DNA from: Ginglymostoma cirratum
Taxonomy: Eukaryota
Assembly: GCA_024137785.1 (NCBI GenBank)
Contig: JAHRHZ010000058.1
Coordinates: forward strand, 942,812 to 1,006,811
Reading direction: 5' to 3'
Length of the DNA: 64,000 nucleotides
The notes under the pieces are model-generated. The model did not search any database. It had not been told where the DNA came from and was given only the letters and a program-made list of their open reading frames with translations. This document shows, in pieces, positions 38,438-51,269 of this stretch. The stretch's first letter is position 1. Each line of letters starts with the position of its first letter. The position numbers and the translations under genes are program-made.

Positions 38438-40531
38438 AATTGTAATTTGATTATAACAGACTCATGAATAAATTATGCCTGAATTTTGATTCTTTAAAAT
38501 GGTTTAAATATGAATTGAAGCCATACCTTGCAGTGTTTCTTTTTGCTAAATATTAAACCCATTTTGTAGCATTAGACACCTACTTAACATTAAATACGGT
38601 CCAAACCATTGACCTAGAAACACTGTAAAGTGATGTGCAATTGAAAACCATCTGCCGGAAATGTTGGTTACACAAGCTATCTTGTAGCTAAGGCCGAGAG
38701 TTACCTGTTGGCTATTGTTATTAGAGAGTTCCAAGAAACAGGCCATACTCTAAACGGCCTACAATAATGTGAAAGGATGTACAAGTGCCAGTGCAATGCA
38801 ACCACTGACCTTTAGTGGCATTTAAAAATATACAGTGCTGCTTGATCAAATAAATGACCTCTCAGTGTATGGTTGGATTTAAATTATAGAAGCCTATTAT
38901 AAACAAAAGAGTTTAAGAAATATTAAAGGGTACTGATTTACTTTATTCGTTCATAGAATGTGGGCATCACCGGCTAGGCCATTCCTAATAGACCTGAAGA
39001 AGGCAGTAGTATGCTGTATTCTTGTACTGTTGCAGTTCTTGAGGCATAGTGCTGTCAGGGAGGGAATTCCAGGACGTTGACCTGGCCTAACAATTACCAC
39101 ATAGTCATGTGGAGCACAAATAAAATCAAAATGCTAACCCATCAGAATCATGGGAGATTTAATCTACTTTTTTTTTAATTCATTCAAGGGAAGTGGGTGT
39201 CACTGGCTGGACCAGCATTTATTGTCCATCCCTAGTTTCCCTAGAGAACTTAGTGGGAATATGCCTTTTTGAACCACTGCAGTCCATATGCTGTGTTAAC
39301 AGTGCAAGGGAGGGAATTCCAGGATTTTGGCTCAGTGACATAGAAGCAACAGACACTATATTTCCAAGTCAAGGCAGTGAGTGGTTTGGAGGCGAACTTG
39401 CCACCCTTGTCCATCTAAATGGCAGCGGTCGTGGGTTTGCAAGGTGCTGTCTGAGGAGACTTGGTGAATTTCTGTAATGCATCTTGAAAATAGGACACAC
39501 CGCTGCTACTGAGCTTCAGTGAGGGAGGGAATGGATACTTGTGGATGTGGTGCCAATCAAGCAGTCTGCTTTATCCTGGATAGTGTCAAGTTTCTAGAGT
39601 GTCAGTGGGAATACTCCATTGAACTCTTCACTTGTGCCTTGGTGGATTGGCTTTAAGGAATCAGGAGGTGAGTTACTCAATGCAGTCTTCTTAACATCTG
39701 ACCTACCCTTGTAGCCACAGTGTTTACATGGCTAGGACAATCCAGTTTCTGGTCAATGGTAACTTCAGGATGTTGATAGAGGGGGATTCAACGGTGGTAA
39801 CGCCATTTAATGTCAAGGAACAATGGACAGATCATCTCTTGTAGGAGATGGTCATTGTTTGGCATTTATTTCGCACAAATGTTACTGCCACTCATCAGCC
39901 CAAGCTTTGATGTGGTCCAGATATTGCTGCACATAGATATTCACTGCTTCAGTATCTGAGGAGTCACCAATGGTGCTGAACATTGTGCAATCATTGGTGA
40001 ACATGCCCCCTTCTAGCTTTATGGATGGAGGGAAGGTTATTGATAAAGCGGCTGAAGGTAGTCTTGCCATAACTATGACCCTGAGGAACTCTTGCAAAGA
40101 TGTCCTGTAGCTGATATGGCTGACTTCCAACAACCACAACCATCTTCCTTTGTCTTAACTATGACACCAACCAGTGGAGAGCTTCCCTTCAATTTCCATG
40201 ACTCTGGTTTTGCTAGGGCTCCTTGATGCCACATTTGGTCGAATGCAGCCTTGTTAAGAGCTGTCACTGTCACCTCACCACAGGGATTTGGCTCTTTTGC
40301 AACATGCTTGGACCCAGTCTATAATGAGGTCAGGAGCTGAGCAGTCCTGGTGGAATCCAGACTGGGTGTCAGTAAGCTACTTACTTCTTTGTAAGCGCAA
40401 ATTGATAGTGTTGTTGATGACCTCTTTCATCACGTTGCTGATGATCGAACAGAGGCTCAATTGGTCAGGTTCAATTTTTCCTGCTTTTTGTGTAGAGAAC
40501 ATACTTGGACAAGTTTCCAAACTGCTGGGTA

Positions 40532-41120
40532 GATTCAACTCCCCCTCCCATTCCTCAGACGACACGTCCATCCTGGGCCTCCTACAATGCCACAGTGATG
40601 CCACCCGAAGGCTGCAGGAACAGCAAATCATATTCAGCCTGGGAACCCTGCAGCCCAATGGCATCAATGTGGATTTCACAAGCTTCAAAATCTCCCCTCC
40701 CCCAACAGCATCCCAAAACCAGCCCAGCTCATCTCCACCTCCCCAACCTGTCCTTCCTCTCACCTATCCCCTCCTCCCACCTCAAGCCCCACCTCCATCT
40801 CCTGCCTACTAACCTCATCCCGCCCCCTTGACCTGTCCGTCCTCCCTGGACTGACCTATCTCCTCCCTGCCCCCCCACCTACACTCACCTTTACTGGCTC
40901 CATCCCCGCCTCTTCGACTTGTCTGCCTCCTCTCCACCTATCCTCTCCTCTATCCATCCTCTATCCGCCTCCCCCTCTCTCCCTATTTATTTCAGAACCC
41001 TCTTCCCCTCCCCCATTTCTGATGAAGGGTCTAGGTCCGAAACGTCAAGCTTTCCTGCTGCTATGGTGCTGCTTGGCCTGCTGTGTTCATCCAGCTCCAC
41101 ACCGTGTTATCTTAGATTCT
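40532..41120 (+). mobile_element. 5'-truncated PLE (Neptune-type C-terminus and tail)
   Basis: FNSPSHSSDDTSILGLLQCHSDATRRLQEQQIIFSLGTLQPNGINVDFTSF, C-rich tail and hammerhead-like core. Homologous to 17370-17890. Confidence 0.85.
41019..41046 (+). ncRNA. Minimal hammerhead ribozyme-like core in the PLE tail
   Basis: CTGATGA-A-GGGT-CTAG-GTCC-GAAAC-GTC: both catalytic boxes intact, short stem II with G-U pairs, palindromic ACGT stem III and a GUC triplet. Activity untested. Confidence 0.55.
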
Positions 41121-41389
41121 AATATTGTTGATGAACTCAAATGACTTGGCCAGGGGAACAGCACGTTCTGGAGCACATATCCTCAGTACTATTGCCAGAA
41201 TGCTGGCAAGGCCCACAGCTTTTGCAGTATCCAGTGCCTCCAGCATTTTTTGATGTTGCATGGAGTGAATTGCATTGGCTGAAGGCTGATATCTGTGATC
41301 GTCCTCTGGTGGAGGTATTGACTGGAAAAGTCAGATGGGAAAAGATAGCCTGGATCACAAGTTTTGTCTTTAGAATAGCACATTCTTGA

Positions 41390-41900
41390 GCCAACCAGGC
41401 AGCAGGCTATACTATGCCTGGTATTGTGGAACAACATGGGATTAATTAATATCTCATAGTGTGGGCACCCTAAGGTAGCAGCAAACATAGTATGATTGAA
41501 TTTTACAGCCCATTTGAGGGTGAAATGAGTGAGTCCAAGATCATTATTCTAAATTTAAATACAGGCAGTTATGAGGGCATGAAAGCAGAACTGGCTAAAG
41601 TGAATTGACAAATTAGGTTAAAGGATATGTCAATTGACATGCAGTAATAGACATTGAAGGGGAATATTTCAGAATCCACACAATAGATACATTCCAATGA
41701 GTAAGAAAAATTCCCACCACCACATTGAACTAAAACTGTTAATGACAGTGTCAGAGTTAAAGAAAACACACATAACTGTGCAAAGATTGATGACATGTCG
41801 GAAATTTGGAGAGAATATAAAAACAGCAAACAATAGCCAAAAAACAGTTAATGAAGAGGAAGAATAAAATGTGAGGAAAAGTAAGCCAGAAATATAAATT
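41390..41900 (+). mobile_element. Old CR1 fragment (post-endonuclease region)
   Basis: ctatactatgcctggtattgt...cacccta...atgattgaatttt...tatgagggcatgaaagcagaactggctaaagtgaattg reads as CR1 ORF2 (LDLVL...SDHNMIEF...YEGMKAELAKVNW-like). Confidence 0.6.
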
Positions 41901-42119
41901 TCTTGCTAGGCAGTGACTTGTTGTCAAGTGAGGGGAGTTATAGCTTGTTATCAGTGGGTCAATCTGCCTCATTAATATTCAACTTTTTATCTTACCAAAC
42001 ACAATGAACAAGCTAGATGTCAAGAATTTTCAACATGGAAGCCAGAGCAGATACCTGATAATTTCAGCTGACGATACCAATATTCGAGGTGTATTAGAAT
42101 GATACTGAACTTCTTTAAC

Positions 42120-44290
42120 AAGAGATCAGCAAGGCAATCTATGTGCGAAACCACAGGAGATGGGGGAGATCTTAACCGAGTGTCTTGCATCAGTGTTTAC
42201 TGCAGAAAAGGATATGGAAGATAGAGAACGTGGGGAAATAAATAGCAGCATCTTGAAAAATGTCCATATTACAGAGGAGGTGGTGCTGGGCGTCTTAAAA
42301 CGCATAAAGGTGGATAAATCCCTGGGGTCTGATAAGGTGTACTCTAGAACTCTGTGGGAAGCTGGGGAAATGATTGCTGGGCAGTTTACCAAGATATTTG
42401 TATCATCGATAGCCACAGGTGAGGTGCCAGAAGACTGGAGGTTGGCTAGCGTGGTGCCACTATTAAAGAAAGGTGGAGAGGAAAATCCAGGGAACTACAG
42501 ACTGGTGAGCCTGACATCAATTGTGGGCACATTGTAGGAGGGAATCCTGAGGGACAGGATTCACATGTATTTGGAAAGGCAAGGATTGATTAGGGATAGT
42601 CAGCATGGCTTTATGCGTGGGAAATCATGGCTCATTAACTTAATTGAGATTTTTGAAGAAATAACGAAGAGAATTGATGAGGGCAGAGTGATCTATATGG
42701 ACTTCAGTAAGGCGTTCAACAAGGTTCCTCATGGTAGTCTGGTTAGCAAGGCTATATGGAATGCAGAGAGAACTAGCCATTTGGAATCAGATTGGCTTGA
42801 AGGTAGAAGACAGAGGGTGGTGGTGGAGGGTTGCTTTTCAGACTGGAGGCCTGTGACCAGCAGTGTGCCACAAGGATTGGTGCTGGGTCCACTGATTTTT
42901 TTCATTTATATAAATGATTTGGATGTGAACATAGGAGGTATGGTTACAAAGTTTGCAGATGAGACCAAAATTGGAGGTGTAGTGGACAGTGAAGAAGGTT
43001 ATCTCAGAGTACAATGGGATCTTGATCAGAAGGCCTAATGGCCAAGGAATAGCAGGTGGAGTTTAATTAAATAAATATGAAGTGCTGTATTTTAGAAAGG
43101 CAAATCAGGAGGGAACTCATACACTGAATGGTAAAGTCCTGGGGAATGTTACTTAACAAAGCAACTTTGGAGAGCATGTTTATTGTTCCTTGAAAATTGA
43201 GTCACATGTAGACAGGATAGTGAAGACAGTGTTTGGTTATGCTCGCCTTTATTGGTCAGTGCATTGAGTATAGGAGTTGGGAGGTCACATTGCGGTGTAC
43301 AGAACATTAGTTAGGCCACTTTTGGAATGCTACATGCAGTTCTGGTCTCCCTGTTACAGGAAGAATGTTATAGAGTCACAGAGTCATACAGCATGGAAAC
43401 AGACCCTTCGGTCCAACCAGTCCACGCTGAACATAAACTAAACTAGTTTGCTCCTAGTCCATATCACTCCAAACTTTTCCTATTCATCTATCCACCCAAA
43501 TGTCTTTTAAAGTTGTAACTCTACCTGCATCCACCACTTCACCACAAAGTTCATTCCACATGTGAACCCTCCTCTTGTGTGAAAAATTCGCCTCTTATGT
43601 CTTTTCTAAATTTGTCTCCTCTCATCTTAAAAATGTGCCCCTTCATCTTGAAAGTCCCAATCTTAGGAAAACAACTCCCATCAACCCTATCAATAGCTCT
43701 CATTATTTTATAAACCCCTATCAGGTCACCTCTCAACCTCATACTCTCCAGTGACAAAAGTCTCAGTCTATCCAGCCTTTCCTTATAACTTGTAATACTT
43801 GAAAGAGTTCAGAAAAGATCTACAAGGATGTTGCCAGGGTTGGAGGGTTTGAGCTATAGGGAGAAGCTGAATAGGCTGGGGCTATCTTCCCTGAAGCATT
43901 GGAGGCTGAGGGGTGACCATATAGAGGTTTATAAAATCATGAGGGGCATGGATAGGGGAAATAGACAAGGGTCTCCACCCCAGGGTGGAGAGTCCAAAAC
44001 TAGAGGGCATTGGGTTAAGGTGAAAGGGGAAAGATTTAAAAAGGACCTAAGAGGCAACTTTTTGATGCAGAGGGTGGTGCGTGTATGGAATGAGCTGTTC
44101 GAGGAAGTCGTGGAGGTGGGCACAATAACAACATTTAAAAGGCATTTGGATGGGTATATGAATAGGAAGAGTTTAGAGGGATATGGGTCAAATGCTGGCA
44201 AATGGGACTAGATTTATTTAGGATATCTCGTTGACATGGATGAGTTGGAGCGAAGGGTCTGTTTCCATGCTGTTCAGCTCAATGACTCTG
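42120..44290 (+). mobile_element. CR1 LINE, 5'-truncated, with a nested antisense CR1 3' end
   Basis: ORFs 42160..42537, 42565..43038 (YMDFSKAFNKVPH, GVPQG-like SVPQGLVLGP, KFADETKI) and 43828..44211, then 3'UTR gaagggtctgtttccatgctg...atgactct. Confidence 0.95.
43371..43790 (-). mobile_element. CR1 3' end nested in opposite orientation
   Basis: ORF 43551..43757 RLRGDLIGVYKIMRAIDRVD...GHIFKMRG. Splits the host CR1 between ...gaatgtta and tgtaatacttgaaagagttcag. Confidence 0.88.
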
Positions 44291-44299
44291 TGACATAGA

Positions 44300-45320
44300 T
44301 AGATGCCCACGGTATGGGCAGGTAAGTGGCAGTCGGAACATAATGCAGAGAATTATGAGGTAATGCATTTCATCTGAAGGAGCAGGGAGAGGCAATATTA
44401 ATTTACTTTCTAAAGGGAAGGCAGGAACATAGATGCCTGGGAGATTCATGCATGTAGGCCTTTGTAACTGGTAAGATATGTTGAGAGAATAGATGGCCAA
44501 AGAGATCTTAGGCTTCATAAATAAATGTGTTGGTACACAAAGAAGGCAAATTATACTGAACCCTCAGAAAATTCTGGTTAGGCCCCAACTAGAGGATTGT
44601 ATCCAATTTTAGTCAGAATCACAGAAGTACTACAGCACAGAAGGAAACCATTCAGCCCATCATGTCTGTGCCAAGCTCTCCAAGTGAGTATCCACACTTA
44701 GCTACTCACCAGCCTTTCCCTACACCCTTACACATTGTTTCTATTTAAGTAATTACTTCATGTCCTCTTGAATGCTTCATTTGAGCCAACCTCCATCACT
44801 GCTCTAGGCAGGGCATTCCAGACCAGAACTACTTGTCACCACACTTTAAGGGGAAACTTGAAGGTCCTTAAGAAAGTGTGAAGAAGACCTATCAGAATGA
44901 TTCCAGGAATGACAGATTTTTAGCTTCGAGGTGTTAGTTTGGAGAAACTGAAGTTGTTTTCCTTGGAGTAGTGAAGGCTCAGGGAAATCTGTCGGGGGTG
45001 TCTACAATTCTGACAGGTTTAAATAAAGTAGGTAAATCAAAACTGTTTGCATTGCTTGATCATACCTTTTTGGCAAGAGGTCCAGAGGGAATGTGAAGAA
45101 GAACGTCTTTTACACAATGACCTGGAACTCACTGCACATTTGGGTGCTGCAAGTGGAAACAGCTATTTCAAAAGTTCATTGGATGTGTCCAACAAGGGAG
45201 ATAAACATGAAGGTAAACAGGGATACAGCAGGGGAATTGGATTGATTCAATTGACAGAGAGCTAGACAGGGCTTGATGGGTTGAACAGTCTCCTTCTGCA
45301 ACCCAATCATTCTGTGATTG
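44300..45320 (+). mobile_element. Old CR1 3' fragment with a nested antisense CR1 tail (about 44615-44835)
   Basis: gaggtaatgcattt, ctggttaggccccaactagag..ttgtatccaatt and atgggttgaacagtctccttctgcacccaatcattctgtgatt are CR1 3' motifs. Confidence 0.6.
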
Positions 45321-46149
45321 CTGCACACTTTTGTCATTTTCCATTTTCATTTCAGATCTACATCTTCTGCACTCTCTCCTTTTCATCTCTAAAGAGAGAC
45401 AAGATCGCAGGAAGTGCTGCAAATGCTGCATCAGTAATGTAGCCTGTGCTGCTGACTGAGACTCCGTGAGCAGCAGAGTGCAGAAAGACTTTCCATTTCA
45501 CCTTGTGGTAGTTATTCAAACCAGAACGGGTAGAATGAATATGTACATTGTGTGATTAATACCTCGCCCCAAACCCAGAGATATTGAACCAAAGTGAAGC
45601 TAATGGTTCTGCCTTATTGAGAGAATGTGGGGACAGTCCCCTGAAACATGTCTGAAACAACCCTGAGGTGGTGTTAAGGCTTATGTCAGAATTACTGTGA
45701 GAAAACATGTCTTTCTATATTACTGATCTTGTCTTTTACCTGGAAATTACTTCAAAAAGTGAAAGCTCAAACTCTGAGCAGGCAATACATACATGAACAC
45801 TGTTTCTGCCCAGGACCAATGGATAATCTGCACCCCATGCATCTTCTTCTCATATTTTTCATGGTTGCAAGAGAGATTTCAAAAATTGGACATAATTTAT
45901 ACAAAAATAACTTGAGCAAACTGGCACGTCTCAAATCTAATGTTTCGGACTTCTCGGTTTCGAGTGTACACACATGAGAGCTCAACATTGAAATGAAAAT
46001 TCTTTAAACCAAGCCAACTGATCAAATCTATTTTATGATATATTTAAAGTGAACCATCTCTCTCAAAGTCTACACAAATTCCGGGAATTTTGGCAACCAA
46101 ATTTTCCGAAGCATTAGCAAAAAGAGGTGGCCATTTCACCCAGCGTTTG

Positions 46150-46530
46150 ACTTTATTTTTTATTGGATGTAAGCATCACTAATGTGGATATGGCCACCAT
46201 TTTGTCAACATGCATATGGCCACTATTTGCTGACTGACTATCATTTCCCTTAAACTGAGAAGCTTATGACGTCATTTCAAGAGCGGTTAAGGGCCAAATA
46301 CATTGCTATGGATCTGGGGTGACATGTAGGGCAGAATTTCTTCCCTGAAGTGAATTAGATAGATTTCTACAAACAGCTGATGACATTTCACAGTCACCGT
46401 TACTGAGAGCTTCTAGATTTATGAAGTGAATTTAAATGGCACCAGTTGCCAGGGTGGGTTTTGAACCTTTGTCCCCTGAGCATTAACCTGTGTCCTTAAA
46501 TTAGCAGCCCAGTGACACTACCATCTGACC
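46150..46530 (-). mobile_element. Older copy of the tRNA-SINE family of 11810-12149
   Basis: cattgctatggatctgg...catgtagg; gaatttaaat...ccagttgcc..ggtggg..ttgaacc. Confidence 0.6.
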
Positions 46531-48989
46531 CTGAATCACTCCCATACTGATGTTTATGCTCCATTTATATCTCTTCTCACCCTCTTCAGTTAACCCCATA
46601 AATGTGTAATTTCATTACTTCCAATTTCTCTCCGAATGCATCAATGACGCCCTGTGGTGGAGACTTCTACTTTCTCACCACTCCCTGATTAATAAAACTC
46701 CTCCCACATTCCCAATTGGATATTTTAGCAACCGTTTTTAATACATGGCCTCTATTTCGGGTTCTGGCCTACCAGTGGAAACATCTTCTCTATGTCTATT
46801 CCATCGAAAGATTTCAGAATCTGCAAGATCTCTACTCAATTACTATTTTTAGTTAGGAAAGTACCTAGGCTTAGGGCCCTTAAAGTGTATTGTAACTTGA
46901 GGCAAATTTGTTCAACAGTGGAAATTCACAGCCCTGAATTTTAGGTAAGCTTTCCTTTGATTATCCTATCAGGACCACACCCACACTCGGGCCATTGACT
47001 TGTACAGATATCACAAGATGAACAGAAGGAACTTTACCTCATGTTGACAGTGACCGTCCAGGTCCCAGTGGTGAACAGGTTAGCCAGTAATAATGGAATA
47101 TGCTAGACCTGACTGGCTCAGATCTGGGCTGTCTGATTCTGCCATAAAAGATGTTGAGTCATTGCACTATCATTGGTTAAAAAAACTAATTGACACCACA
47201 CCCACTGAGCAGTGGGTCTATCTATGAAAGGAGCAGCAACCATTTACCTGTCTGTAACTCTCCGGGTAGGAACTAGATCCCAATATCTGAAAATAACACC
47301 TTCTCTCAAGCTAACACATTCCAGTCAGCGTTATGCCATGGTTCAATTTATCTGATTCAGAGACTTGCCTTCAGCTTGGTGGGCAGATCTGCCAAAGACA
47401 CAACTTGTGAGGTGCTAGTCATCTTAATGGCCCAGTCAAGTGGCAGCTCCCAAGCTTATTACTCATTGACTGTTTCATCCAGTTCCTAATGTAATGGGTT
47501 TCCAAGGAGTCCCTGAATCTGTGTCAATCAGTGTGGGTTGGTTTAGGCTGAACGCCTCCTGTTCTCTAACCAATTCCCATTTTTGCCGAAGATCCATGGC
47601 AGAGTTTGGATTTGTGCTGAGTTATCCACCTTAACATCCATAGTGTGCTTTCACATTGAATCCCAAAGGCAGACTGTTCAGGCTGCACTGTAGCTTCACG
47701 TTATATTCTGTGCATGTGCCTGTTGATATCATCTGTTGAGGGTAACATTGAGGGGGGAGCTGTGTGCAGTGCGTCATTGGAGATTAGAGCCAACACAAAG
47801 GGAAAGGTTAGCGTGTGTATGAGGTCACCAGAGGGCAAGGTTACACAAGAGTTAGAAAAGCTGAGGACACTAAAGAGGATGGCAATAGGTTGGAATACAG
47901 GAAAATTACACTGAAATGCTTGATGCATTGACAAGGTTGCCAGAGATCCTATGGTTACTGTCAAGGAACTAGGAAGAGTCAGGCACTAACTTGGCATGGA
48001 ACTCCATGCGGAGCATTGGATGCGTCCCTTCCCAGATGAAAGCGGTGGCCAATTCCATGAGAACATTTTCAACCCAACCATGAGGCTGTCAGCTTCTGCT
48101 GCAGCACACAAAGAAGGCAATCAGTGCCCCAGAGGAAGTTCAGACCCTGGTTTCTTCCTCCTGATCCCTGATCTTCCTCCTCAGCTACTTGTTACTTGGT
48201 GGAAAGTGTTTTACCTTCACAATGCCAAAGTAATACGACAGGACCATGAAATATGAGACCATAAAACGCAAGTGCAAGAGTAGGCCATTTGGCCCACTGA
48301 GGTCAGCTTCACTTTTCAATGAGATCATGGCAGATCTGATAATCCTTAACTCCACCTTCCTGCCTTATCTCTATAACCCTTGATTGACTGACTGACTAAA
48401 AATCGGTCATTCTCAGCCTTGAATTTACTTAAAACCGTAGTGTTGACGGCCCTCTCTGGTGTAGAATTCCACAAATTCACTCCCCTCTAAGAGAAGAAAT
48501 TACTCCTAATCTCTGTTCTCACTGGGTGACCCCTTAATCTATGCCCCCAGTCCTAGACTCTCCAACAAAGATAGACAACCTGTCCGTGGCTACTCTGTCA
48601 AGTCCTGCAGAATTGTTTATGTTCCAATAAGATCACCTTTCATTCTTCTAAACTCCAGTGAGTACATGCAAGCCTACTCAATCTCTCTTCATAGAATATC
48701 CTTCCATACCTGGGATTAGCCTAGTGAACCTTCTCTGGGCCAACTCCAATTCCATTATATCTTTCCTTAGAGAAAGGGACCAAAACTGTTCATAATATTT
48801 CAGCTGTGGTCTGACTAGTGCCTTATGTAGCTTTAGCAAGACTTCCCAAGTCTTTTACTCTATTCCCTTTGAAATAAAGGTCAACAGTACCTTCCCTATT
48901 ACGGACTGAACCTATATCTAGCTATTTGGGTATTATGCATAAGGAATCGCAAGTCCCTCTCTGCTGCTGCTTTTTGCAATTTTTATCTT

Positions 48990-49263
48990 AGAATCCCTAC
49001 AGTGCAGAAGCAGGCCAGTCAACCCATTGAGTCCACACCGACCCACTGAAGAGCATCCCACCCTCCCCTATCCTATCCCTGTAACCCTGCATTTCCCACA
49101 GCTAATCCACCTAACCTAAACACCTTTGGACTGTGGGAGGAAACCAGGGCACCCGGAGGAAACCCACACAGACACAGAGAAAACATGCAAACTCCACATA
49201 GTCACCCAAGGGTGGAACTGAATGTGGGTCCCTGGTGCTAACCACTAAGCCAGTGTGCCACCC
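48990..49263 (-). mobile_element. V-SINE (HE1-like)
   Basis: Reverse complement of the 4700-4975 family: tggactgtgggaggaaacc...gaggaaacccac...tgcaaactccaca...ctaaccactaagcca. Confidence 0.85.
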
Positions 49264-49648
49264 AATCATCGCTTATTTATCCATTTAAATAACATTCAGC
49301 TCCTCTATTCTTCCTGAAAAAGTGCAGAACCTCACATTCTCCCACATTATATTCCATCTGGCAACTTATTGCCCACTCAATTAACCTGCCTATATCCCTC
49401 TGCAGACTTTGTGTAATCTTTCCCAACTATGCTGGAGTCATCTGCAAACTTAGCGATAATACATTCAACTCCCTCATCCAAGTCACTAATGTGTATTGTT
49501 AACAATTGTGGCACTCCACCAGTTACAGGTTGCCATCCTGAAAACAACTCCCTTATCCTAAATTTCTGTCATCTACTCGCTAGCCAATCCACTACCCATG
49601 CTAATGTACTTTCATCATAATATCATGGGCTCTAATCATCTTAAGTAG

Positions 49649-50740
49649 TGAAGAATTGAGCAACAATCCCCATATTCTGAAATGCTGGACCAAAATCCTG
49701 GACTTCGCAAAACTGGACCTAAGAATCCAAATTTTAACCCAGGCATTATGGAACCTTTACAGATACCAAGACATTCAATTTAAATTAATCTTCATTTGCA
49801 GAAATACCGGACATTCCACTTAATCAAAATACATTTTCACCCACTCTAAACTATCAGGAAGCCAATTCACCAAGAAGAGTACGACAGAAACATAATGGAT
49901 AACACAGATTTAAGAGGTGATAATGGAGAGAGAGAGAGAGAGAGAAAGAAAGAGCCATCCCTGGCAGCTATCTCCAGAACAGGAATCCCAGATAGCTGCT
50001 TTCCCTGAGAACAATCTCCAAGCTATCTCCCTGAAACCTACCGACACAGGGCTGTTCTGTACCTGGGGAACCAACGGCAACTGAACACGACCGGCAGATC
50101 TGACGACCGACAGCCTCCGAAAACCACCGACTTGACCGACAAGGCCTCAGACACATCCTGAGGTGAAAACCAGCTCAAAAACACCACCACAAAAAGTAAG
50201 AAAGCCCAAGTTCTCAAAGCAGACTGAAGGCCTACACTGACCAAAGTCTTCAGCAAATCACCGGCTACGGCAAGTGGGTACAGCCAGCTGTATTTCAAAA
50301 TCATGTTTATCCCGAGTGGTGAGCCTATTTCCTCAAGACCCAAAGTATCCAACCTAGCTAGCAGGGAGGGCAAGGTGGGTTGGTGGCAGTGCAGGGTCTG
50401 TGTTTGAAACTACTGTTAAGTTTCTAACCATAATTAGCCTGTGTTAAGTTAATAACTGATAGTGTCAGTTTCACTGTTTTGAATTTGCCCTTTTATCTCT
50501 GGTACTTTTTTTCACCTTTGTGTTATTTCCCTCTTTATTACTTTTGCCTTTTTATTTCTTGTGATATACTCACCTTTGCATTTATTAAATAGAAAGATTC
50601 TTTGCCCTGAAACACCCGCCTACTGCCTTCTTCACTTCACATTCCTAAAATTAAAGTCCAGTGTCAGAACCAGGGAGCTGGGAATGATTCGAGCCACATA
50701 AAAATCAGCGGATCACTGATCGCAAATCAGAATCCCTACA
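49649..50740. mobile_element. Probable solo LTR (1092 bp) inserted in a CR1
   Basis: Starts TG and ends CA, flanked by GTAG (49645-48) and GCAG (50741-44). The CR1 sequence rejoins across it (ttaagtag | gcagcct...gcggcaccttatc). Internal (GA)n, CpG-richer core and T-rich 3' part. Confidence 0.65.
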
Positions 50741-51269
50741 GCAGCCTATAGATGCGGCACCTTATCAAACATACTTTTTGGAAAGGAAAAATATTGCATT
50801 TACTGGCTTCCCTTAATCTACCCTACTTGTTACTGCCCGAAAGAATTGTCGTAAATTTTGCCAGGTTCAATTTCCACTCTATGAAGCCATGCTGACCCTG
50901 CTTGGTTATATTGTCTGTTTCTAATTGGCCTATTATTGCATTCTTGAGAATAGACTGTACCATTTTCCCAATGACAGATGTTAAGCTGACTAGTGTACAC
51001 TAACCTGTGTTTTTATCAACTTCCCTTTTTTGAATCTGCGTGTTAACATTGGCAGTTTTCTAATTCTCTGGGACTTTTTCTGAAAAATAAAACTGATTCT
51101 TTTTGGATTCTAATCTTTTTGAAAGACTATTATCTGTGCATCCATCATCTCTGTAGTGACTTGCTTTAAAAAGAATGGAAACATGCACTGGTGACTACTG
51201 CATGACTCTTGACAGCATTGCAGGAAGTAGAATCTTTGCTTCAGCACCCCAATGGTTTCTTCACTGATG

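Larger units (their letters stand above)
39175..41330 (-). mobile_element. CR1/L2-group LINE (family B), RT-containing, interrupted by a PLE at about 40532-41120
   Basis: Minus ORFs KAAFDQMWHQGALAK, GMFTNDCTMF...IKAWADEWQ, LSLCSIISNVMKEVIN. The element resumes after the PLE (41137..41394). A short 3' piece is also at about 38940-39090. Confidence 0.8.
48250..51160 (-). mobile_element. Decayed CR1 LINE interrupted by a V-SINE and a 1.09-kb LTR-like insert
   Basis: 3' tail near 48260-48400. RT motifs on minus (tcatctgcaaactt reads KFADD; caccttatcaaa reads FDKV; aagccatgctgac reads QHGF) resume across the inserts. Confidence 0.75.

Noticed and set aside
47500-48000. Possible Harbinger/PIF transposase relic (similar impression at 58750-59200)
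   Set aside because: Could not recover convincing DDE motifs or terminal inverted repeats by eye.
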